From: a virus
Taxonomy: Duplodnaviria; Caudoviricetes
Virus record (IMG/VR): IMGVR_UViG_3300031812_000004
Coordinates: 1 to 57,985 of that record
Direction: 5' to 3' (one strand)
DNA: 57,985 nucleotides
This document shows, in pieces, positions 47,544 through 56,644 of this stretch. Under the pieces are notes generated by a model, which did not search any database, was not told the origin of the DNA, and saw only the letters and a list, made by a program, of their open reading frames with translations. The position numbers were made by a program, and so were the translations under genes. Position 1 is the first letter of the stretch. Every line of letters begins with the position of its first letter.

Positions 47544-48497
47544 ATGAAAAAAGCTATAGTAATTTCCGGCGGGGGATGTAAGGGAGCCTGGGCATTCGGA
47601 TGGTTATCATACCATACCGATAGAAAGCCGTTTCTGCATAAAGAATACGATTATTATGTAGGAACGTCAGCAGGAGCATTAGTGGCGTGTGCTTTTGCAG
47701 CAGGAAAGATAAAAGAAGCTTCAGAGCTCTTTATATCGTTGGACAACGATAAAGTTTATAAACGATGTCCTTTTAAAATAAAACAAAAACTCGGTATCGG
47801 AAAGTACAAAACTACTATGAAGTTATTTCCGATGGTAAGATCTGTACTTCTTAACACTTATGATACGTTTGGTGATTCTACTCCTGTTCTTACTCTTATA
47901 AGAAAGATTTATACAGAAAATGATCATCAAAATATAAAAGAATCAGGAAGAAAGTTAATAGTTACAGTAACCAATATAAACAATAAAAATTCAGTTTATA
48001 TTGATGCTTCAAATTTTGATTATGAAACTTTTACAAAATATATTTTTGCCAGTACCGCAGCTGCACCTATCATGTCTGTTGTAGAAATTGATGGTGTTCA
48101 GTATGTTGACGGTGGTATTCTTGAAAGTACTCCGATAACAGGTATTATTAGTTATAATGACATACAATCAATAGATGTTCTGAATCTTAATCAGGGTTAT
48201 GCAGAAATCAGCAAAGTCCACAATCCAATAGATATTATTTCATCTTATATAGATATGTTTATGAATCAGGGTAATTCAGATGATATTATTGTTGGAACTT
48301 TGAAAGCAAGTCAGACAGGAAAAGACTTAAAAATATATGAACCTTCCAGATTTCTTACTGATTCGCCTTTTGTTTTTATTCCTGAAGATATGAAATGGTT
48401 TTATGAGTATGGAAGACAGGATGCAGCCAAAGGGTATAAACGCTGTAACTACCAGTTTCTGGCTGATAAAAACAAATCTGTAGTAAAAATTGCATAG
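47544..48497 (+). CDS. patatin-like phospholipase
   Basis: SGGGCKG oxyanion motif, GTSAG nucleophile elbow, AS.A.P, YVDGG catalytic Asp. Confidence 0.92.
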   Translation: MKKAIVISGGGCKGAWAFGWLSYHTDRKPFLHKEYDYYVGTSAGALVACAFAAGKIKEASELFISLDNDKVYKRCPFKIKQKLGIGKYKTTMKLFPMVRSVLLNTYDTFGDSTPVLTLIRKIYTENDHQNIKESGRKLIVTVTNINNKNSVYIDASNFDYETFTKYIFASTAAAPIMSVVEIDGVQYVDGGILESTPITGIISYNDIQSIDVLNLNQGYAEISKVHNPIDIISSYIDMFMNQGNSDDIIVGTLKASQTGKDLKIYEPSRFLTDSPFVFIPEDMKWFYEYGRQDAAKGYKRCNYQFLADKNKSVVKIA

Positions 48498-48545
48498 TTT
48501 TATAAAAACGTATAATATTTAGTATCAGATTTAAATTTAAGAATT

Positions 48546-50180
48546 ATGGCAACACCGGTTTTAAACAACGGAATATTGATAAAAGAAGAAAAGATATCCC
48601 TGGATGCAAGGGGTATCGATGAATTTTCTTTGGTAAGAATGCAACCTTCAGCAAGACCTACTTCGTTAGGATTGCTGGATATATGGGCTATGGCTCGTAA
48701 AGCTGAATCACCGCTTTACAACCTTGCCGTTCTCAACAAAAAGAACATCATTGTTGTTGATGATCCTCAGGGTCGTTACACATGGCAATATCCGGTTGCT
48801 TACGAGCTTCCTGTTGTTGTTGACGACCTGGATCCCAGCAATACAACCAAAGGATTAGGAGATACCACTTTCAAAGTAAAATTTGACAAAGCAGAATTCG
48901 GGCATGGAGATATTATCACCTATAATAAGATTGGTGGTGTACAATGCCTTGTTACCGAAGACGATATCATTCCGACAGGAGACGGATATATTTATACATT
49001 ACGTCTGTTAAATCCTGCTCAGAATAAATTTCTGGATAACCAATATCTGAAACCACAAACACGTTGGTTCAGAATTTCATCCGCTACCAACGAATATGGT
49101 AAAAGATTTACAAACGTACATGCAGAAGCCGGATATCGTGAATATTATAACTTTGTAGGAGATCATCAGGTTCATGTATCTATGCGTGTTACCGAAAAGG
49201 CTGCCGATATGGCACGTTTGGGAATTGTAGACGGTGGTGCTTCTGCATTGGTTGATTTTGTATTACGTTTTAAAGAAGGTTCTTTGGATCCGAGTATTCG
49301 TTCATTTAATGATGCGGTCAGAATGTATGGTAAGGACTTCCTGAAAAAGTTCAAGGCAGAAGGAAAGGTAGCCGGTGGTTTTCTTACCAAAATAGAATCT
49401 GCAATGCTTTCCCAGCTTGCTAAGGATATAGAAAACTATCTGATGTGGGGAGAAGGTGGTATTATTGAAGTAGATGGTCCTAAAAAATCACGTCTTAGCG
49501 TTGGGTTGTGGCGTCAGCTCAATAATGCTTATACCAGAACTTATACTCTTAAGAACTTCTCACTTAAGATGTTACAGTCTTCGATTTATAACTTTTATAA
49601 CGGAAGAATAGATTGGGACGAAGTAGATCCTTCCCGTAATGTTGTATTTATGACGGGTATGGGTGGTGCTCAACTGTTGAACGATGCTATTAAGAAAGAA
49701 GCTGCAAGTTCAGGATTCGTTATCAATGCTGCTGCCAATGCAGGTATCGGAGCCATCCAGGGTCAGGGAATGAAACTAAGATACGGTTATTTCTATAACA
49801 GTATCACAATTCCATTTATTGGAACCATATCATTTGTTATCAACCCTGCTTTTGACAACACTCAAATTAATAACATTGAAAATCCGATCATTCCTCAAAC
49901 CGGTTATCCGTTGAGTTCTCACCTTTTTATTGCCTTTGATGTGGTAGAAAATCTGTCTGACAACCTGATATTACTTAAACATAAGTTTGACAACGGGACT
50001 AAAATCGGATATATTAACGGTACTTCTGACTACCTTGGAAGGAACATTTTTAATTCTTCAGGTAAATTTAGTGGTTTTGAAGTTTGGGCTAAACAATATG
50101 TTCCTTCAATAATGGTAAAAGATCCTACCAAGGTTATGAAAATATCTATGATTAATCCTATTACAGGAGGTAACCTGTAA
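48546..50180 (+). CDS. major capsid protein (crAss-like)
   Basis: MATPVLNNG start, 544 aa, YLMWGEGG, GLWRQL, TGMGG, KDPTKV..NPITGG; followed by a strong terminator; position after portal/scaffold. Confidence 0.85.
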   Translation: MATPVLNNGILIKEEKISLDARGIDEFSLVRMQPSARPTSLGLLDIWAMARKAESPLYNLAVLNKKNIIVVDDPQGRYTWQYPVAYELPVVVDDLDPSNTTKGLGDTTFKVKFDKAEFGHGDIITYNKIGGVQCLVTEDDIIPTGDGYIYTLRLLNPAQNKFLDNQYLKPQTRWFRISSATNEYGKRFTNVHAEAGYREYYNFVGDHQVHVSMRVTEKAADMARLGIVDGGASALVDFVLRFKEGSLDPSIRSFNDAVRMYGKDFLKKFKAEGKVAGGFLTKIESAMLSQLAKDIENYLMWGEGGIIEVDGPKKSRLSVGLWRQLNNAYTRTYTLKNFSLKMLQSSIYNFYNGRIDWDEVDPSRNVVFMTGMGGAQLLNDAIKKEAASSGFVINAAANAGIGAIQGQGMKLRYGYFYNSITIPFIGTISFVINPAFDNTQINNIENPIIPQTGYPLSSHLFIAFDVVENLSDNLILLKHKFDNGTKIGYINGTSDYLGRNIFNSSGKFSGFEVWAKQYVPSIMVKDPTKVMKISMINPITGGNL

Positions 50181-50215
50181 TACCGATTTGAATTGTTATT
50201 TACTTAAAATTTGTG

Positions 50216-50256
50216 AAACGCCTGTGCAAAAAAAATGCATAGGCGTTTGTTTTTTA
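50216..50256 (+). terminator. intrinsic terminator after MCP
   Basis: AAACGCCTGTGCA-A7-TGCATAGGCGTTT followed by GTTTTTT. Confidence 0.85.
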
Positions 50257-50269
50257 TTGAAATTTGCCA

Positions 50270-50277
50270 TATCTTTG
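50270..50277 (+). promoter_or_regulatory. Bacteroidota sigma-A -7 element TAnnTTTG
   Basis: TATCTTTG upstream of ATG 50297; similar boxes near 38055, 39923, 43510, 46253 and on minus near 3530, 6900, 15530, 27555. Confidence 0.6.
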
Positions 50278-50296
50278 TGAAATAAAACAAAAAGTT

Positions 50297-51553
50297 ATGA
50301 CAAAACAGGAATTTGATGAAATGATAGCCAGGGTAGAAGCCAGATATCCTAAGATGGTTTATGTAAAACCATTAGTAAATCCGGCAGTAGAAAACTTTGG
50401 TCTTGAAAAAGAAGGAAGAGTGTTGTTTCCCGGATGTAGTATAGTATCTGATCTGGCATATATAGACAAAAACGGTATAAGCATGTATCTTATAGGTATT
50501 GATGAAAGGTTTGTTGATGAAAGCAATAAGCCTATAGAAGAAAAAAACCGATTAAAAAGAGAAATAAGAGAAGAAGTTGCATACCTTGAATATAAAACGT
50601 CTTATAATATTTTAGATCCTGATGACGTTGAGTTTTGGAGTAAAGTTAAAAGATTTAGAGCAGATAACGAAGAATATTGGAAAAATATAACAGTAAAGCT
50701 TGAAAACTTTGGTTTTGCTTTAAATATGTTAAAACCTGAAGACAGGGTTATATTTCATTGTATAAAAGGTGGAGGTTTTCCACATATAGCTCCTGACATA
50801 GAAACTGGTTTAATGACTCCCGGAAAGTATAAGTTTTATCTTGAAGTACCTAACGATGCATCTTACGTTGCAAAAGGAAGGTTTGCCAAAAATAAAGCCG
50901 TTTCTATGTTTACTGATTTGTATGATAACAACGAACATCAGAAGCTATTTTATATTGTTAAATGCTTACATAGAAGCTCGGCGACCATACGATATGAAGA
51001 TTGGAGTATTGATAGATTGTACGTAGAGGTTGACAACTGGTTTTCAGGAGTTTTGACAACATGTATTTATCGTGATACAGAAAAGCTTTTTAATAAGTTT
51101 ATTTCATTGTGTAATAGTCCCGTAAGAAAAATAGCAATAGAAGCTTTTGTATCTGACTTGGTAAATATGAACCATATAGTATTCAGGACATCAGAACAGC
51201 AGTTTTTCTCATCTGACGTAAACGAGATGTTAGGTCAGACAAAAGAAGAAATAGTGGGATATCTCTCATCAGAATCAGGTTATCCGAAATTGATGAAACT
51301 GTATGAAATATATGGCAAAAAGTATAGTTTTAACGCTAATCTTTTAAGACCCGATCAAATTTCAGAAAATCAAAACAAGTTAAAAAAACCTGAAAACGTT
51401 AATATAGAAAGTAAAACAGAAAGTAAATCAGATTCTGAAGTTTTAGAAGAAACCAGTGTTATTGCAGAAAATGTACATGACGATGAATCTTCGAAAATAA
51501 ATAAAAGCAAAAACTCTTTAAAAAAACTACTCAAAAATATACAGGATAAATAA
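50297..51553 (+). CDS. conserved crAss-like protein following MCP (gene 75-like)
   Basis: VENFGLEK, FWSKV, GGFPHIAP, KFYL; synteny after MCP. Confidence 0.65.
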   Translation: MTKQEFDEMIARVEARYPKMVYVKPLVNPAVENFGLEKEGRVLFPGCSIVSDLAYIDKNGISMYLIGIDERFVDESNKPIEEKNRLKREIREEVAYLEYKTSYNILDPDDVEFWSKVKRFRADNEEYWKNITVKLENFGFALNMLKPEDRVIFHCIKGGGFPHIAPDIETGLMTPGKYKFYLEVPNDASYVAKGRFAKNKAVSMFTDLYDNNEHQKLFYIVKCLHRSSATIRYEDWSIDRLYVEVDNWFSGVLTTCIYRDTEKLFNKFISLCNSPVRKIAIEAFVSDLVNMNHIVFRTSEQQFFSSDVNEMLGQTKEEIVGYLSSESGYPKLMKLYEIYGKKYSFNANLLRPDQISENQNKLKKPENVNIESKTESKSDSEVLEETSVIAENVHDDESSKINKSKNSLKKLLKNIQDK

Positions 51554-52251
51554 TGACAGTAGAAGCTCTGATAGTAAAAATAAAACAAAGAATAAACAAA
51601 CTGGATAGTCAGGATTATGACAATCTTGAAATATGGCAGATTCTTGAATATTATAACAGAGCTCAGAAACTGTTTGTAAGACAAAACCTTCATGGTCTGA
51701 ATACATACAGGGAAGGAGACGAAAACAGTAAAAGGCGTATTGATGATTTCAGCAGACTTATTACCAGTATAAAACCTGTTCTTACCAAAAAAGATATTTA
51801 TTACGAATTTCCTTTGCCTGTCAGTAATTACATGTGTTTTAAAAGAATAGATATAACTGCAGAACATTGTGGTAAAAAACGACTAATGGTTTGCTATTTA
51901 GGTCAAATGTCCAATGTAAATAATTACCTGGTAAATTACCAGAAAAAACCTGATTTTGTATGGGGAGAAACCTTTGCTACTATGAGTAATGGTAACGTTC
52001 AGGTCTATACTAACGGGGAATTTGATATATCAGATCTGACATTTTACTACTATCGGTATCCTGTTGATGTTGCTATGGCTAATAATTATTCGTTGGAATA
52101 TAATTCTGTAGTTTCTAACGACATAAATCCTGAACTGCCGGATGATTTGGTGGAAGTTATTATTAGTCATACTGCTTCGCTGATAGGTGGAGATTTGAAG
52201 GATGATTTCGGATTTCAGATAGGAAAATCAGTATCAGCAGAACACAACTAG
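51553..52251 (+). CDS. head-tail ring/adaptor protein (crAss gene 74-like)
   Basis: KIKQRINKLDSQDYDN...NRAQ, RRIDDF, WGETF, YYRYP, ELPDD. Confidence 0.75.
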   Translation: MTVEALIVKIKQRINKLDSQDYDNLEIWQILEYYNRAQKLFVRQNLHGLNTYREGDENSKRRIDDFSRLITSIKPVLTKKDIYYEFPLPVSNYMCFKRIDITAEHCGKKRLMVCYLGQMSNVNNYLVNYQKKPDFVWGETFATMSNGNVQVYTNGEFDISDLTFYYYRYPVDVAMANNYSLEYNSVVSNDINPELPDDLVEVIISHTASLIGGDLKDDFGFQIGKSVSAEHN

Positions 52252-52301
52252 TGTAAAAAGTTAAAACTTGTATAAAATTTAGTATTATAAAATAGAGCGT
52301 T

Positions 52302-53840
52302 ATGAAAGATAATTTTGTTCACGGGTATAAAAGAGTTTTTCCTGGTCATAGCAGTCAGCTAACTCCAGGAGGACCGTTTAACTTTTCAGCAAATAGTATT
52401 AACTATTCAGTATTAACAGCACCATACGATCCCCCTGTTGCTCCTTCACCTCCTTTACCACCTGGTGTCAATGAGTCAGGATTTATATTGAATGTAACTA
52501 AAACTCCTGTAAGTCCATTCACTTTACCGGAACTAGATCTTCTTCAACCTGGTGCCTTCGGATTTTTTAATCCTGATACAAATCAATTAGTACCTGGTAA
52601 TGCTCCACCTACTAATTGTTGTAGCTTAATACTTGCCGGTGCTCCTTTGTATAAACTTGATTCTATAAGTCCTTTTATACAGGGATACAGGATTCCTGTA
52701 AAAAGCAAGAAAATCAGTCCGTCTCAGGTAAGATATTTTGGTGTATACGAACCATGTCCTGCAGTTCAATCTTTATATGCATTAGGAAATATCCCACCGA
52801 TAACTACAGGGCAATGCTGCTTTGATTTTGTTTGCGGCAACACATATCAACTCAAAATAAAAGTATGGGGGGATCCTACCTATGGAACGTATTGGAGAGA
52901 TTTGGAGAGAGTGATTATTGCTGACGGTGGGTGTTGTCCTCCTGTTGACTGTTCCAACGGTCCATGTACTCAAGCTATCTATGTAGATCCTAATAGTATT
53001 TATTTCCAGTTTGCACAGCAAATTGTTGCCGATCCTGAGTTAAGACAGTTTATTTTCCCAATATTCTATAATGGAACAAGTTTCTTTTATCCGCCTCAAA
53101 AGTTCTATCCTGATGTTCAATATCAACCAGGATGGCTAACATGGGATGTAAATCAGCCATCTTTTGCTCAAAATCAAAATACTCCTTTCTGTTCTAGTCC
53201 TCAGCCACCTACTGGTGGTCTTATTTTACAGACAGCGTATGTAGAAACTCGTTATGGTAACTGTACATTCAGTGTACTGGATGCATATAATTATGCAACA
53301 GTCAAAGTAACAGCTGCTATTTTCAGTATGAATCCAAGTCCCTGTGATACTGGATTATGCTTTACTGAAGTATGTCCTGGACATAATGTAGAAGGTACAG
53401 GCGATAAAGCGTTAAGAGATCTTTCTTTCAGTGAAGCTGTAAGGGGATATCATGATTTATATTCCTCCTGCGATGCTATGGATTTTCGTATACGTGAAGC
53501 TAATCAGTCAGCTCAGCTGTTTGATATTATAAATCGTGATCAGCTTTATGTAAAATATCTGCTTATTGTAGACATGAAAGAAGCTTATGAAGCCAATACG
53601 GGTAACAGAATTACTGATACTTATGCGTATATCATATATGCTTTGCAAAGAATTCCGGCTTTTGAAAACTTTGTTTTAGGTTGGTTGACGAATTGTAGTC
53701 AATGTTCAAGATTGGAAGTAACCAGGTGTGGTGTATGTACTATACCTGCATTACTGAACAATCAGCTACCTGTTGATAAGTTCTATGAGTATGCTCCTGC
53801 ACCCCAAAGAACTATCAAGATTGATCCGGCTCAGCAGTAA
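52302..53840 (+). CDS. Cys/Pro-rich structural protein (auxiliary capsid / gene 73-like)
   Basis: Synteny; KSKKI, CGNTYQLKIKVWG, GLILQTAYVETRYGNCTF; preceded by the late motif and followed by a terminator. Confidence 0.6.
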   Translation: MKDNFVHGYKRVFPGHSSQLTPGGPFNFSANSINYSVLTAPYDPPVAPSPPLPPGVNESGFILNVTKTPVSPFTLPELDLLQPGAFGFFNPDTNQLVPGNAPPTNCCSLILAGAPLYKLDSISPFIQGYRIPVKSKKISPSQVRYFGVYEPCPAVQSLYALGNIPPITTGQCCFDFVCGNTYQLKIKVWGDPTYGTYWRDLERVIIADGGCCPPVDCSNGPCTQAIYVDPNSIYFQFAQQIVADPELRQFIFPIFYNGTSFFYPPQKFYPDVQYQPGWLTWDVNQPSFAQNQNTPFCSSPQPPTGGLILQTAYVETRYGNCTFSVLDAYNYATVKVTAAIFSMNPSPCDTGLCFTEVCPGHNVEGTGDKALRDLSFSEAVRGYHDLYSSCDAMDFRIREANQSAQLFDIINRDQLYVKYLLIVDMKEAYEANTGNRITDTYAYIIYALQRIPAFENFVLGWLTNCSQCSRLEVTRCGVCTIPALLNNQLPVDKFYEYAPAPQRTIKIDPAQQ

Positions 53841-53854
53841 TTCTCAATATAATT

Positions 53855-53876
53855 AAGGTCCCGTAAGACCTTTTTT
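53855..53876 (+). terminator. intrinsic terminator
   Basis: AAGGTC-CCGTAA-GACCTT-TTTT. Confidence 0.7.
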
Positions 53877-53887
53877 AAATTTCAAAA

Positions 53888-54445
53888 ATGAAGATAACAG
53901 GGAAGAAGAGTACTATTATTGACTTCATCGTTGATGATAGTCATCCCTGCGTATTTCATGTAAAAGACATTTCTGAATATCAGAATTTTAACAAAAACTG
54001 CATAACGTTATTTGTTGTTCCGCCAGGATACTCAGATGCTTCTTCTATACAGGTGGAAAATCTTAATCCAGAGTTTTCACTGATAGTTGATAAATGTTTA
54101 CTTGGTATACAACAATCAGGATGCGGCGAGTATCGTGAAGAACTGATGGATGGAAATTATTATTTTGAATTAAATATTAATGGAAGTTCTTTCGGTAAAA
54201 ATGTTTACAGAATTAACAAATTACTTGGTAAATATTACGATCTTTTATGTTGTGTAGAAAAGAAATACAGAGATACTTATTTTATTAATGACTTATATGA
54301 TGGTATATTGGAAGTGAGAGTTAAAATGGACAGTATTAAATCGTTGGCTGAAAAATGTAATTGCCCTGATAAGGCAGATTTTCTTTACAAAGAGGCTGAA
54401 AAAGTTATTAAAAACCTAAGATGCAGATATTGCGGGTGTGATTAA
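53888..54445 (+). CDS. putative tail ring/structural protein
   Basis: DISEY, VPPGY, LMDGNY, helical C-terminus with Cys; crAss-like synteny. Confidence 0.55.
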   Translation: MKITGKKSTIIDFIVDDSHPCVFHVKDISEYQNFNKNCITLFVVPPGYSDASSIQVENLNPEFSLIVDKCLLGIQQSGCGEYREELMDGNYYFELNINGSSFGKNVYRINKLLGKYYDLLCCVEKKYRDTYFINDLYDGILEVRVKMDSIKSLAEKCNCPDKADFLYKEAEKVIKNLRCRYCGCD

Positions 54446-54464
54446 AAATTATTAAATTTGAACT

Positions 54465-54713
54465 ATGAATACACAGAATAATATTAAACCGTCTAATACC
54501 TGCACGTCCTGTGGGGCAGCGTTAGGATGCGGATGTCAGGGTAAAAAACAAGCCATGTATTATAATGGTACTGCTTATTGTATAGATTGCTATAATAAAA
54601 TTATAGCCCAGCAGATTAAAAACAATTCACCTAACAATGTACAGGTGAACGATCCAAAAAATTATACAGTTAATATTGTATCAGCAAATGTTACTATAAG
54701 TAATAATGGATGA
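54465..54713 (+). CDS. small Zn-finger-like protein
   Basis: CTSCGAALGCGCQ...CIDC. Confidence 0.7.
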   Translation: MNTQNNIKPSNTCTSCGAALGCGCQGKKQAMYYNGTAYCIDCYNKIIAQQIKNNSPNNVQVNDPKNYTVNIVSANVTISNNG

Positions 54714-55203
54714 GATTTGTGGCATAGTCAGTAAGATTTTTGATACAGCAGTACTGAAAAAGTATAAGCTGATAAAGGGTAAATTACCTGAGGATATAAG
54801 CTTTTCCTATAAGACTCAGGTAATTTCTTTTTATAAATCTTTATTTGAAAAGTATTGTACAGATGGTATATGTATTGATTATTGCGGACCTAAAACATGT
54901 ATAGAAGACATTGATACGTATGAGTATAAGATATGTCCTGACGGAGCTTTATTGTTCAGTCCTATAGATTGTATATTACAAAATATAGTAAGTTTTGATG
55001 CAATTCCTTGTTACAGTTCTGCGTTGGATTTTGTAACACAGGGATGTATAAAACCAGATGTTACGTTGACTACTAAACCATGTTATAGTTCTGATGTTAC
55101 CATAGATTATATAGAATGTCCAAAACCAGATATTACAGCAACAATGAGAGTTTGTTATTCTGCTTCTGTGAATGCAATCATTTACAATTTATATCATAAC
55201 TAA
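54706..55203 (+). CDS. Cys-repeat putative structural protein
   Basis: Cys every 12 aa in the C-terminal half (PCYSS / CxKPD alternation). Confidence 0.6.
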   Translation: MDEICGIVSKIFDTAVLKKYKLIKGKLPEDISFSYKTQVISFYKSLFEKYCTDGICIDYCGPKTCIEDIDTYEYKICPDGALLFSPIDCILQNIVSFDAIPCYSSALDFVTQGCIKPDVTLTTKPCYSSDVTIDYIECPKPDITATMRVCYSASVNAIIYNLYHN

Positions 55204-55231
55204 GTAATATGTCAAACAAAAATAAACAACT

Positions 55232-55969
55232 ATGACTATGAATAGCAACACACAGGTTTTCAGTAATCCGATAGATAAAGAAAAACTGAAAGAAGAAGTA
55301 AAAAAACTATTTACCACATTTGATAGTGGCGGGAACGTATCTGTCATAAGTTCACATACAGCAAATATAGAAATACCAAATGATTTTTATGATGTTCTTG
55401 TAATGGCAAGAAATACTTTTATGATGGCTTTCCTTAATGACAAAGAAACTTATAAAAGATTTCTTCAGCTAAAAGGTGCTACGATTTCTGATTTTACTGA
55501 CAATTACTATCAAAAGGTAGTACAGCTTATATCAGGACCAAAAGATGGTAAGAAACAGGTATCAGATTTTATTAAATCTTTATATTATATTGAGGGTGTT
55601 ATCGAAGAAAAAATACGTAACGGTCAATATAAAAATCAAAACACCAGAAGTTTTGAGGTTGCTGTACCAGGTGAAGTTGCCTGTATTTTTGCTGTTATGA
55701 CTCCTGCTTATATACTTGTTTTAAAACAGATGGCACAGACAAACGAAGGTATTGCTCAGGATTTACAGGTTATAGAATCAAAAGCAAACACTGCTGTAAA
55801 CACAAATCCTGAAAACATCAATGTTAATTTTAATAGTCCTTTGTCAGCACTTCCTTTTGTTCTTAGTTATATCGTTTATGCATTTATAGATGATGCAAGG
55901 AAAAACAATCATACTACGCAGGTAACTTCTGAAGAAATAGATAATCTCATAAATTCAGCTTTTAACTGA
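55232..55969 (+). CDS. hypothetical protein
   Basis: 245-aa ORF in the structural operon. Confidence 0.65.
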   Translation: MTMNSNTQVFSNPIDKEKLKEEVKKLFTTFDSGGNVSVISSHTANIEIPNDFYDVLVMARNTFMMAFLNDKETYKRFLQLKGATISDFTDNYYQKVVQLISGPKDGKKQVSDFIKSLYYIEGVIEEKIRNGQYKNQNTRSFEVAVPGEVACIFAVMTPAYILVLKQMAQTNEGIAQDLQVIESKANTAVNTNPENINVNFNSPLSALPFVLSYIVYAFIDDARKNNHTTQVTSEEIDNLINSAFN

Positions 55970-56631
55970 TGGAAAGATTAGATATATATAAATTTACGGT
56001 TGGCAACGATTTTCTTTATAGTATCTATCCTGAGATGGGTTTAATTTCAGGTGTACAACAGGGGGTTCTTGTGTCTTATAATCAGATTGAAGATCTGAGT
56101 AAAATTGAAGGTCTGTATTATTCTCAGGCTATATCTTATACACAGTTAAAAAGGTATTTGGACAGGTGGTTTTTGAATAACTCAGGAAATGAGGATTTAA
56201 TAAACAAGAACATGCATGTATTGGCAAAGCATGTTACAATTCCAAGAAATCAGGTTTTTGAAATGTATGGTTCAGCAGCTTATAACATAATAGACGAATA
56301 CCATGAAAAAAGTGTTAAATGCAGAAGAAAACTATATGATTATGCCGTAACATTGGTAAGGAAAGAACTACAGATACCAAATCAGCTTCAGGTTTTGGGT
56401 GTTATTTTAAATAATGACTTTGAAACAAAATATGTAATGTATGGTATAGAAGGATTAAACTACGGGGATCCGGTTAACGGAATAATGGATTATATTGAAG
56501 GTACTAATGATTTTCAGGGGGCAGGGCTTATTGATTCCGCATTTGAACCTGACACAATCACTTTACAGGATTTGGTGGAAAAACTTAAACAGTTGTTGGT
56601 ATATGGTAATGTAAATGCTGTACTTACCTAA
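55969..56631 (+). CDS. hypothetical protein
   Basis: 220-aa ORF, TGATG-coupled. Confidence 0.65.
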   Translation: MERLDIYKFTVGNDFLYSIYPEMGLISGVQQGVLVSYNQIEDLSKIEGLYYSQAISYTQLKRYLDRWFLNNSGNEDLINKNMHVLAKHVTIPRNQVFEMYGSAAYNIIDEYHEKSVKCRRKLYDYAVTLVRKELQIPNQLQVLGVILNNDFETKYVMYGIEGLNYGDPVNGIMDYIEGTNDFQGAGLIDSAFEPDTITLQDLVEKLKQLLVYGNVNAVLT

Positions 56632-56644
56632 AATTTAGTTTTAA

